NCBI GenBank assembly: GCA_020184695.1
Contig: JAANOX010000010.1
Span: 1-30,932, forward strand
Direction of reading: 5' to 3'
Length of the DNA: 30,932 nucleotides
DNA from: Histomonas meleagridis 2922-C6/04-290x
Lineage: Eukaryota > Protista > Parabasalia
Shown piece after piece: positions 20,310 to 30,932 of this stretch. Below the pieces are notes generated by a model. It did not search any database and was not told the origin of the DNA. It saw only the letters and a list, made by a program, of their open reading frames with translations. Both the position numbers and the translations under genes were made by a program. Positions within the stretch are counted from its first letter, which is position 1. Each line of letters opens with the position of its first letter.

Positions 20310-21732
20310 GATACATATTCTGGAAATATCCGGGGACAAAAAATACATTTTTTTGGAAGAAAACGATTCTTAATCATTGAATTTATTCGATGCAGTTTTT
20401 TTTTCCCCCAATCAATTTTAAAATTATAGCAGGATGTTCAATTTTATATAATAAATATCTATACATATTTAATTTGCAAATGATCTTCAAAATACTGACT
20501 TGAGATACATCTATCAATTTTTTTTTTCTCATATTATTACTCACGTGTTTTCAAATTTTAAATAGATTACATTTTTCAACTTATTTGACATTCAATGTAA
20601 TTATGTCGATTTTTCTCTAAATGAATGCAGAAAAATGACGTTTAAAATTTTTACCCCACCATAATTATGGCGCTTGTTCAGATATCAATCACGATATATC
20701 TTGCGATGAAGGGAATGTCAGCAAAAGCGATTCATACCGAAATGGAGACCATATTGGGAGAAGAATGCATTTCATACTCAACAGTATGTAAATACCTCAG
20801 ACAAAGAAGTTTTAGTCAAACAACGTCACCTAACATTAGTGAACCGATTTTAACTATTGACGAAAATGTTGATTTGAAAAATTATGAAAATTTCAGATAA
20901 ATTTTTATATGCTTCAGTAAGGCAAACCGCTAAGTTAACAGAGATTCCAAACACTACTTGATATAGGGATTTTGCTGAAAAACTTGGATATGAAAATAAA
21001 CTTTTAAAGTTGGGTTCCACATTTACTTACGGAAGATATTAAAAAACAAAGAGTCACTAATTCAATCCAACTTTTATAGACATTAGAAATTGCAAAACAT
21101 AACAGTTATAAATATTTTGTGACAGGTGACGTCCTGGTTTTATTATGATGATTATTATGTTCGACAATAAATACCACGAGGAACACCAAGAGGTACAATA
21201 AGCAAAAAGACTATTGCTCAAAAATCAGTAATGTTGACGGTTTTTCTGAATCCTCACGGTTTTATTGTTATTGACTTTCTTTCAAATAGTGAAACATTTA
21301 ATTTACAATATTATGTAAAATATATATTATCGAAACTTTCCAAAAAAAATGATACAAATCCTATATAGAACACAAGAAAAATTGCTGTACATGCTGACAA
21401 TGCAAGACCGCATACGTCGAGATTCACAACTTTATATATGAACTCCAACGAGCTCAAAAGGGCACATCATCCCCCTACTCCCCAGATATAGCTTCTTCAG
21501 ACTTTTTCCTTATCGAATATGTAAAAGGAAAAATGGAAAGATCTCAATATGAGAGTAGAGAAGAGGTTGAAGACAAAATGACTTCAATTTATTTTATATA
21601 CTGAAAGATATTTTGCAAAGCGTTTTTAAATTTAATTTATTTGTGAACGTAATTATATATGATATGATAGAAATTTAAAATATTATAAATAAACAGAAAT
21701 GTTATACGACCGTTTACCTCCCAGAAGGTGTC
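20310..21732 (+). mobile_element. mariner-like element relic
   Basis: ~1.4 kb, TA on both sides, weak ~25-bp inverted ends (GATACATATTCTGGAAATATCCGG vs reverse complement GACACCTTCTGGGAGGTAAACGG); boundaries tentative. Confidence 0.5.
20667..21640 (+). pseudogene. mariner (DD34D) transposase, degraded
   Basis: N-terminal HTH, WVPHLLT, VTGD, HADNARPHT, HPPYSPDIASSDFFL motifs. Confidence 0.88.
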
Positions 21733-21868
21733 TATCCAAACAAAAGAACAAATTCATTGATTTTCTATTTATTATGATCCGTTTATTATACATAAAAAAA
21801 CCGCGCTCCAAGTTCATTTCATACGAAGTTTCTAAATAAACATACAACATTCGAATTTTTTGCTTATG

Positions 21869-22140
21869 TAATAATGTACAATTAACTATTGCAGGACAAA
21901 ATTATTCTGATGAACCTATTTCTACTTCAGTTGCTAGATTATTACAATATCAATTAGTTGCTTCTGATTTAGATGGTGGTATTCAATGTACTAAAAAATT
22001 TGAAGATTCTCCAACTATGGATAGAAATGCGTCAAATGGTACAAGATACAATAACACATTAAGTGATACTACATCAATTATGTTTAATATACAATGTAAG
22101 CGTTTACGTGGTGGTAAGTATTCGATGGGTTAGATTTAAA
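21869..22140 (+). pseudogene. isolated fragment of the putative major capsid gene (third copy)
   Basis: High nucleotide similarity to ~2788-3060 (NNVQLTIAGQNY.DEP.ST...LQYQLVASDLDGGIQCT). Confidence 0.88.
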
Positions 22141-22249
22141 TGGATGATATATCCTGATCTTCCTCCATTCCGCGATTTTTACGACCGTTAAAAACCGTTT
22201 CTCAATATGAATGCTTTGTTTAAATTTGTTCGAAATATTGCAATTGATA

Positions 22250-23300
22250 GAATTCTTGTTCATTCATTGTTCAATCTTTGTTTGCTCATTATTTGTTCTC
22301 ATTCATTCTGGTTTGTTTTATTAATTCATTTATATTTATTCTTGCTTATTCTTGTTCATTTTTATAAATAATTCTTGTTTATTCTTCTTTGTTCATTGTT
22401 TTTTCTTGTTTATTTTTTTATATTCATTGTTTACTCTACATTATTCTTGTTTATTTCTGCTTATTCTAATTTATTCTCATATGTTCTTGTTTGATCTCAT
22501 TTATTCAGATTAATTCTTTCTTTATTCTCATTTGTTCATGGTTTATTCTTATTTATTCTTTGATTATTCACATTAATTCAGTGATTATTCTTATTATTTT
22601 ATCGTTTATTCTTGTTTATTCATTGATCATTCTTATTAATTCATTGATAATTCATCATTTATTCTTATTTGTTCATTATCTTTCTCAAATATTCATTGTT
22701 TATTCTTGTTTATTCATTAATTAATCTGTTTATTCATTATTTATTTTCATTAATTCATGTCTAATATATTTTCTCATTGTTATTCATCGTTTATTCATGT
22801 TTTATATGTTTAAGATGTTTTATCATTTTTACCCAATAATTATTAACGTCAAATATATTTTTTTATTCTTATTAACTAAATTTCGATGTTTATTGCATAT
22901 TCATGCAATATTATATCATTATTTTTTTATTGTTTATTAATGTTTAATATGTTTTTCATTATCATTATTTTTCATGTTCATATGATTTTTTCTTTTTTAT
23001 TTTTTGTTTTTGATTATTATAAATAAGTTTTATCATCGTATTGCATATTTTATTAATGTTTAATATGTTTTCTCGTTACCATTTCTCCTTTATTTATGTT
23101 CAATATTCTTTTAATTTATTTTTTATTTCATATAGGGCACTTTTTATCGTTCTGATTCATTATTTTTTTTCTTGTGTGTGTTTTTTTCTTATTCTTTCAT
23201 TTCTCGTGATGTTAATGCGTTTTTTCTTTACTAATATAATTATTTTTATTATTCAATATTTTTTGATATATTTTATTATTGACTCGTATTTCTATTTTTG
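22250..23300. repeat. strand-biased low-complexity tract (TTATTCTT/TTATTCAT/TTGTTCAT variants)
   Basis: Very T-rich top strand; the bottom strand reads as decayed E/Q/N/K/I-rich codons with many stops. Confidence 0.6.
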
Positions 23301-23939
23301 ATTTTTATTCAATTGTTTAATCTATATATATTGCTATACAAAAGTAAATGCCTTGCTTAATAAAAGTTAATATCTGCATTTTTGAATTGTTTATTTTTCA
23401 TTATTTATTGCCTTAAAGAGTGCATTTTCATAATGAATACACAATAAAAAAAAAATTAAATTATATACAAATTATCAAACATTAATTATAAATCCTATGT
23501 TCATCGAAAAATATCAAAAAATTAAATTTCTCGAAAAAATGTATAATAATTTGATTTTTAATTTTTGAAAGAAATCAATGCTCAAAATAATCTCTATATC
23601 ATCATAGATATTTTTATGTATTTAAAATGTTTTTGCTAAAATATATGGAAAGAAAAGGTATATTTAATTTGGTGCTCATCACACCTGTACCCCTATAGGG
23701 CAAAAAAATAATGTAGGCACAAATAATTCAAATAAAGTGATGTGTCAAATTTATTTTTATTCAATTTTTGGATATTCACTTTTGTGAAGCAAGACACATT
23801 TTTTTACAAGCGTCACTTTTTTCCCAATTACTTTTGTAAAGCAAGAGTCTCTTTTTGATAGTATCAACATTTATTTAATCTATATAAGGGCGAAGAAAAA
23901 AAATATTTCAAAAAAATATTCATAATTCATAAAGAAACT

Positions 23940-26900
23940 TTACCATTACCTCAAATAAAAGAAATTACAAACAAGTATCAACAACAAACAATATTTTTAT
24001 TATATGAATAAGAAGATAGGAACGAACCATCAGTAATCGAACCTTGGGGTGAAACTCAACTAGAAGAAGACCCAGATATAGTTTATTTAGGTTTCAATGA
24101 ACAACAGGAAGATTTAAAAAAAGAATTTGATGAAAACGAAGAATTATATTAATTAAATACAGAATTTACATATGAAACTTTTGAACCATATAAAAAAGAA
24201 TTACCAATTGAAAATGATGACGATTTTATAAATCCTTATGAACCAACAAGAATTGAAAAACCAAAGCCAATTATAGACAAAGATGTACATGTTTTTGAAA
24301 TTCCACTTAAACAAAAACGTATTTAAAAGAATCTGAAAAAAGTATGCCCATTATAGATGATAAATCGATCATTATTTATCCTTCTGTTAATCCACCTCCT
24401 CCATCTTTAACACCACCTAAACATGGTCGTCCTAATAGATATCCTGTCCCTGATGACCCACCACCTTCACCTTTTTCATAACCTCCACCTCAAACACCTG
24501 ATCCACCTTTTGTCCCTAATTATATAATTACTGCAAATGATTTTAGAAATAATTTTATAAATTTACGTCAATTTCTTCGTATTATTCCAGATAATTTTAT
24601 TATAAAATTTAGAGGTTTTACAGACCCTCAACGTCATCAATTTTATGTCATTATTTTAGAACATATACAAAATCACATTGGTAGAATTAGTATTGCACAA
24701 CATTATTTTGTGAATCATAGAAGGATGAAGATTGGTCTCAAAAACCATGTTAATATGAATTTTATCGTAATATGTTAACAAGTTTTACTGAACCTGGAGG
24801 AGATATTGAAACAGATTATACTGAAATTTATGAAATTGAAGGTTCAGATGAAGATAATGCCTATATACCGTATTGGATTCATTTAACTGGTTTTGGGATG
24901 CAACTTGTATCAAATGCTAATCAAAATGTAGAGCACTTCTTTCCTTATTTAGTGTTTTTAAATATTTTTTTTTATACTATTATATATTATTTAAGGCGTT
25001 TACAAATATTTGAAACATTATTAGTAGATAATAAACAAGAAGAATTAAATGATTGCTGCTTTATTTATGCTTTAAAGCAATCTGAAATCGTGGAAGATGT
25101 TCTCGACAAAATGAGATGTCGGATATTAATTGAATATCAAATAGCATCAAAACTTGATTTCGTTTGTTATAAAAATTCTGTATATGTTCAAATACATAAA
25201 GTATACAAGACAGTAGAATCAAATGGTAAACTTCGAATACTTCCAATAGTTTACCAAAAAAAAGGTCAAACTTTTGATTATATTGGTCCAAAATTAGAAC
25301 AAGCAAAAGACAAAGTTCATTCATATTTATTTGAACAACATCACTTTATAAAAAAAATGATGTATTTTACTCTAAATTATGTACAGCATTTCGATGAACC
25401 AAATTTGATTAATTACAGAAGTAAAAAATTATGCGATACATTACAATTAATTACTCCTTTAATGAATAAAAATTAATTCACATCAATTACATATTCTTAT
25501 TTTCCTTTATTACGTACAGATTTTTCAAATCAATGTTATAACGGGATGAATTATTCATTAGATCATAATCCCAACACTTGTGTTAGACGTTTTATTAGTA
25601 AGAAGAAGAAAGATAAATTTATTGATACAAATTTAATAAATTATTAAGATTTTGAGTCAGATGTTAAAGGTGTTATCCATTAGTCATATTTATGTGTGGT
25701 TCACAAATATGATGGTAATGAAAAACAGGTTTTTAAAAACATCAACATCCCAAACTGTCGCATTGATGAAGCCACTTTTAATATGTGGGAATATGCGATC
25801 TATTATTGTAGACAAGACGTAAGAATATAACGTGAAGGCTTTAATCGTTCTTGCTTAGGCTTTTAAGAATCATTCAATATTTCACTCTTTCATTATTTAT
25901 CAATTTCATATTTAGCTAATGCAGTATTTACACAGAAAGTTTATTCAACAAACAATAATTTATTCCGAGTAGATGGGCACGTTAGACGCTTTATAGCCAG
26001 AGCAGTTTATGGTGGAAGATGCATGACTGCATATAATAAAAAATGGCACATCAAAGAAGAATTATGTGATTTTGATGCCGTATCATTATACCCATCAGCA
26101 ATGGCTCGAATAAATGTCATTAATGGTCCTCCAAAAGTAATTAAAGAAGAACAATTAAATTTAAACGATGATGATAATATTACTGAAGACAACCCTGTTA
26201 CTATGGTGGTTGATAAAATAACATTAGAAAATTTGATTCAATTTAGATTAGTCAGAGGTTTTTATTAAGATGAGAATTATGATGATTCCACATTTCAAAA
26301 TGTAATCAAAGATATATTCCGACAACGTTCAAGTATTAAGCATGTCAAAACGTATAATGAACGAAGTGATGTGCTTAGCATATGACATTGACTGTATGTT
26401 GTGGAGGAAATTTTCCGTCAGGTCGAGTGACTTCACTTTTTGAATGCATAATTTTGGACTAACTAGAAAAATAAAATATTTTGTTATAAATGAATTTTCA
26501 TATCAATTTTCAGTTTTAATCGAAAATTAATTGAGGAATTTATTTCCATTTTGTGGATAGTTGTTTTTCCATTTTCTTCGACTTTCATGGATACTTCATC
26601 CCCAAGGAAATATTTTTATTAGCCCTATTTCTTTTTCCCTTAATAATTCCACAGCTTTATCGCCTACATTTTCACCTCCATTGTCACACCAGACGATAGT
26701 GGGGCGACCGTTTAGTTCAATGAACTTTTTTGAACAATTTGAAATAGTTTTTGCATCTTTTGATGAAACAGCCTCAATCCCAACAATATCTCGAATAGTC
26801 ATCTATTGCAGCATTAATGTACATTCCCTAAACTTTTTTCCAATAATGCACATCAACATGCCAGTAAGCATTAGGTACAGTAAATTGGTATCGGCATCTG

Positions 26901-27967
26901 GCGATAAACGGCTGCTTCGATTTTTTCGGTTGTACTCACTTTTCTTCATGATAAATTTCACGAATAGAATCATAATGGAAGGGAATTGTTGTGTTTGACC
27001 CTCTGAAAATATAATACATTTTTGTTATTCCAATAATAATTCCTTTTTGTCTATATTCAAGCATGATATTTTTGAGTTTTTTTTCGTTAACACTAATTAA
27101 ACTTCTTCCACGTCCTCGTGTAACATTGAGTCCTCTACTTTCTATTGTCCTATAAAATAAACCAATAGAAATATCGATAGCCTCGGATGAATTTTTGATT
27201 TTTACACTATTTCTGGTTTCTCTTATTGTTGTTGTACCGTTGTTAATGTCGCTTACTTTTGCTTCAAGCCATTTTTCGTCGATTTGTTCCAAAATAGTTG
27301 AGCTTTCCCAAGCACTCCCCTTCGAAACAAATGAACGGTCGACGGCGATACCACTTTTTCACCATGTGATTAAAAAAGTGGTATAGGCTACATCGGCACA
27401 AAGTAAGTCAAAATATTTCACAACTTAATTGGTCACTTGACCTAACGGAACATTTTCTTCATTATAATGACATTGGCTGTAAAATTTTTTATCAAGATAC
27501 AGACTCAATGCATATAGTAAAATCGGATTTAAATATTCAAATTAGAAACAGCCTTCGAGGCAAAATATAATAGAAAACTAATAGGTAATGATTTAGGGCA
27601 ATTTCATTCTGATTTTACTAGTGATGATGGTAGAAGCGATGTCAACTGAGCAGTTGAAAGCTACTTCATCATAAAGAAAACCTATATCGATAAATTATTA
27701 TACAATGATGGTGATATAGGTTTTATGTCTTAAACAAAAGGTATACCTACCGATACTAGATATATACATGCACATCTTGATTATGATAATGATATTATGA
27801 AATTGTATCGTTTATTATATGAAGGCAACAAAATAGAATTTAATCTATTATTAGCTACAACCAAATTTAAACTAAATCCTAATCAAACTATCACTAATAT
27901 CAAAAAGTTTCCGATAACTTTAATAACCACATATGATACAGGAGATGTTAACGACTATTTTAAATAA
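23940..27967 (+). pseudogene. protein-primed family B DNA polymerase of Maverick type, heavily degraded and interrupted
   Basis: Exo I DFES (25648), Exo III YCRQDV (~25804), RAVYGGRC, motif A DFDAVSLYPSAM (26068-26103), SMSKRIMNEVMCLAYDI, motif C YQDTDS (27490-27507), LGQFHSDF, KGIP. The 5' boundary (acidic and Pro-rich fragments) is uncertain. Confidence 0.85.
26397..27466 (-). mobile_element. IS481-like (IS481EU-type) element with degraded rve transposase
   Basis: ~35-bp imperfect TIRs (TGTTGTGGAGGAAATTTTCCGTCAGGTCGAGTGAC vs reverse complement TATAATGAAGAAAATGTTCCGTTAGGTCAAGTGAC). 15-bp TSD ATGACATTG(A/G)CTGTA at 26382-26396 and 27467-27481. Motifs RCRY..PNAYWHVDVH, IDDYSRY, VWCDNGGE. Confidence 0.85.
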
Positions 27968-28193
27968 GATAAAAGTGCAATCGTTATTTTGTATCGTTCT
28001 TCTGAATTTTTTGTTCTGAATGTACAGTCCTATCGTCATACAAAAGGTGTAAAGTGTCGAAATGCTAAACGGTTTTTGAGCGTAACTTTGAAAATTAATG
28101 GTGAATATTTTATATCTCTCAAAGTCAGGCCACGTAAGATTATATCAAAATTGTATGCATTCAATTGACTTCAGTGAATAACATGCAAAGGAA

Positions 28194-28610
28194 GGTAGGT
28201 ATATAATGCGGTCGGGACTGATCACGAGGACCCTAGGGGCCCCGCCGGGTTATCGGCCTCCGGAATTGCCCTTCGGACCCGTAGGCCTCCGATTCCTCCA
28301 ATCCCCCGAGTGTGCTCGCTCCGCTCGCTACAAAAATCAAAATGATTTTTGTGAGCCTACAATTCGTCTGAAAATTTGAATGCGTATTCAATTTTGATAG
28401 AACAAGAAACTTTTTCGAAGGGACGATAACACTTTTAGCACCACTTTCACTTTTCGCATAAACCTATCAAAAACCTCACATAACCAACACGAATTGTCCC
28501 CGGTTATCTTTGGTCGGACATTTATCCTATTCAATTTATCTTTGCCAGGAGGTTAATTGTCAAAAAAAGCGACGAATATTTTTTGAATGCATGGCAAACT
28601 TTATTTTAAA
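28194..28610. repeat. left TIR of copy C, hairpin region partly deleted
   Basis: Inverted match to 9620-10100, lacking ~65-70 bp between the two hairpins. Confidence 0.9.
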
Positions 28611-28651
28611 TAGTAAATAACTGTTATAAATTATCACTTCATTTTTTCTTC

Positions 28652-29089
28652 ATGTATGCGAATATTTTTTCCATTGCTCAAATTGCAGACAATATCAAAA
28701 ATAAGGATCTTGATGCTATTGATGTTGCAATATTCTTTGATCCTAAATATAATAAAATGGGAAATTACAACAATTTTATTATCAATCCAATTGGGATGAT
28801 AATAAAACATAGTAATTCTTCCGATTTTTATTTTATTCAAAGAGAAATAATAGAATTCTTTGACAATCCAATACTAATATCAATTCCAATTACTGAAAAT
28901 AAGAAACCACCTATAAATCAAAATGTTCATTATTTAGAAATAGACTTATTTCCATTGAAATGTAAATTTGGACGATGGTATGCGTCATATATCTATGAGT
29001 CATATAATGATGAAATTAATCGTACATTATTAGATAATGTAATCGTTAATAGTCAACATAAAGACAAAACTCATCAATCTGCTTTTTGA
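28652..29089 (+). CDS. hypothetical virus protein (145 aa), first gene inside the left TIR
   Basis: Intact ORF preceded by TCACTTCATT. Confidence 0.6.
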   Translation: MYANIFSIAQIADNIKNKDLDAIDVAIFFDPKYNKMGNYNNFIINPIGMIIKHSNSSDFYFIQREIIEFFDNPILISIPITENKKPPINQNVHYLEIDLFPLKCKFGRWYASYIYESYNDEINRTLLDNVIVNSQHKDKTHQSAF

Positions 29090-29163
29090 TTTTTAAAGCA
29101 GGATCTTTTCAAGAGTGCCTAAAAAATAATAAAATGATTTTAATTTTTTTATTTATTTTGATT

Positions 29164-29382
29164 CTATAAAAAACTAGAAGGTGATGAATATATTCTACTA
29201 TTTTGTCTTTCAATTGGATAATTTGATAATTTTTCAAAATAAATTGAATTACTAATAGTTAGTTTTGGTAACTTTATATACTGGATAGATGGATCTATTA
29301 ACTCAGTTTCTTTCTCTATCGTTGATGAATTTGATGTCTCATCGTCATAATAAGTCTTGATCACCTTCGTGCTACTAGACAT
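29164..29382 (-). CDS. hypothetical small protein (72 aa, MSSSTKVIKTYYDDE...)
   Basis: ATG at 29382 has the TCATTTTTATTA-ATG context also seen before the capsid ATG; the longer track ORF uses a non-ATG start. Confidence 0.5.
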   Translation of the reverse strand: MSSSTKVIKTYYDDETSNSSTIEKETELIDPSIQYIKLPKLTISNSIYFEKLSNYPIERQNSRIYSSPSSFL

Positions 29383-29458
29383 TAATAAAAATGAAAATTT
29401 TATTAAATTATAATGAATTTTTGAAACTAAACTATGACAAATGGGACACAGGTGTTCT

Positions 29459-29790
29459 TTAAGGACGCCTGGGATTTGGAATAGTTTCAAAACAATATAT
29501 ATATAAATAATATTTTATTATTTCTTTTTGTCCAACTAGCGCATTTGCTACACCATCTATAACAGGTGAGAATTTATCTGCTATTTTAATTCCTTTTGCA
29601 ATAGCACCTGCATGTCCAGGTAAATTTTCTATTCCAGGTATTTTACCTACTGTATTTACAACAGGTTTAGCTACTTTTATTCCATACATTACCAATAAAT
29701 CTTCCAACTGGTTTAATAATTTTTATCTCTGAAGTAAGCACCTGCTTTTTTAAATTCATTTTTAATTTTGTTCCAAAAACCCCAAGCCAT
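29459..29790 (-). pseudogene. amphipathic-leader protein 1, frameshifted
   Basis: MAWGFWNKIKNEFKKAG..., then two +1 insertions in homopolymer runs relative to 1-251. Confidence 0.75.
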
Positions 29791-29824
29791 AAATAATAAT
29801 AAAAATAAAATATTAATTCTTTTT

Positions 29825-30097
29825 TTATTGATAAAATATAGGATGGATCTTGTCATTTGCTTCATTTCCTATATTTTTAAATAATGGAATTATTTTATCA
29901 CCGGTTTCAAATATTTTATCCACAGGTAACTTTTTAAAAGGTCTTATTTTTTTAATGTCTTCTTTATGTTGTTTAGCAAATTCATAACCTTTCACAATAT
30001 GTGGACTAATTTTTTTAAATCCTTCTTTCATTTTTTTAAGTAAAGGTCCTATTTTCTTTATTCCGTTTTTAAATTTGTTCCACAAACCCCACGCCAT
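29825..30097 (-). CDS. amphipathic-leader protein 2, intact (90 aa)
   Basis: ATG 30097: MAWGLWNKFKNGIKKIGPLLKKMKEGFKKISPHIVKGYEF... Confidence 0.75.
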   Translation of the reverse strand: MAWGLWNKFKNGIKKIGPLLKKMKEGFKKISPHIVKGYEFAKQHKEDIKKIRPFKKLPVDKIFETGDKIIPLFKNIGNEANDKIHPIFYQ

Positions 30098-30117
30098 AAA
30101 TAATAATAAAAATAAAT

Positions 30118-30348
30118 TCATTGTTTTATTAAATCCTGTGATATTAACTTATTCCTAACTTTTTCTTTTACATCTTTAGATATTATTTTATCATTATATT
30201 TATATGGTAGAATTCTATTTTTATTACCTAAATTCTTTTCATGTTCTAACCATTTTTTCACATTTTTGTTGAATTTTTCTTGTTGTTCTTTACTTAACTG
30301 AAATTTGCTCAAACCTTTTTTAATTTTATTTCAAAAACCCCAACCCAT
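30118..30348 (-). pseudogene. amphipathic-leader protein 3 with W6 TGG>TGA nonsense change
   Basis: Otherwise near-identical to 535-765. Confidence 0.78.
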
Positions 30349-30383
30349 TTAAAAATTATGAAAAATATTTTTCATTTTTATTA

Positions 30384-30932
30384 ATGTATTATAATAATAC
30401 GCAATCTAAAAATGAACAAGATGATCAAGGTAATGTTGGAGCTTATTTTGATCGTCTTAAAGATTTAATTGCTAAAAATGATGGTACTCGTTCTTTATTT
30501 TAAGAACTGAAGATTGTCATGATCAAAATGCACCCTTTTTAATCAATCACAAGAAACTAGATTAAGAATTACTCATGGTGATCATATGGTTTCACAAATA
30601 ACTGAAGGTTTTATTAATTTTAAACTTAGAATAACTGTACAATTATCAAAAGCTATTTCATCTAGTAATTTGACAGATCCTGAGAATTTAGCTAAAATAT
30701 TTATAGGTTTTAAGAGTTCTAATCAATTATTAGATCAATGACAAATTATGTCTAATAATATTTCTACTGGTTATCAACAAAATGAATGTTGTCGTGAAGG
30801 TTATTGTTATTCTACAATTAAACCCTATGCTGAAAAGAAAACTAGAAAATATACACATTCTTTATATGAAAATGTTTCAGAATATTCACAATCTGTTTGT
30901 GGTACTTATGTTGATTCAAAAACATCATAATA
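30384..30932 (+). pseudogene. putative major capsid gene 5' part (retains the ~340 bp deleted in copy A; frameshifts and a stop)
   Basis: MYYNNTQSKNEQDD...ETRLRITHGDHMVSQITEGFINFKL...KIFIGFKSSNQLLDQ*QIMSNNISTGYQQNECCREGY. Confidence 0.65.

Larger units (their letters stand above)
28194..30932. mobile_element. Maverick/Polinton-like endogenous virus, copy C (left end; runs out of window)
   Basis: Starts with the TIR terminus GGTAGGTATATAATGCGG; 29538-30920 aligns directly with 1-~1000. Confidence 0.85.

Noticed and set aside
22491-23301. Hydrophobic ORFs 22491-22724 and 23041-23301 as membrane proteins
   Set aside because: Non-ATG starts; the F/L/I richness simply reflects T-rich low-complexity DNA.
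9620-28610. One 19-kb element bounded by the two inverted repeats and carrying IRE1
   Set aside because: Virus genes lie outside the repeats, and the sharp GGTAGG termini face the middle segment. The repeats are therefore the right end of one copy and the left end of another.
29538-30932. Terminal redundancy implying a circular contig
   Set aside because: The two copies differ by many substitutions, frameshifts and a 340-bp indel, so they are separate insertions.

Overview
AT-rich eukaryotic DNA, most likely from a parabasalid (trichomonad). This is inferred from TCAT/TCATT initiator (Inr)-like motifs just upstream of most ATGs and from the mobile element families present. The window is almost entirely mobile DNA. 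Two decayed, same-orientation copies of a Maverick/Polinton-like endogenous virus occupy the ends. Copy A (<1-10100) carries a putative major capsid, packaging ATPase, truncated integrase, phage-like fibre, putative minor capsid and a right TIR with two perfect GC-rich hairpins. Copy C (28194->30932) carries a left TIR, small ORFs and the capsid 5' end. A third relic (about 21.9-28 kb) holds a capsid fragment and a protein-primed PolB pseudogene. Two IS481-like elements with 16- and 15-bp target duplications interrupt the capsid and PolB genes. Between the virus copies lie a pogo-like relic, two Mutator-like relics, a mariner relic and one apparently intact host gene: an IRE1-like protein with a degenerate kinase but an intact-looking RNase motif. 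The most striking observation is a tandem trio of small virus genes. They share a ~15-residue amphipathic N-terminal leader resembling the adenovirus protein VI membrane-lytic helix, and the array is transcribed head-to-head with the capsid gene across a 35-bp spacer containing a perfect palindrome. All protein calls rest on motif recognition by eye; no database searches were run.
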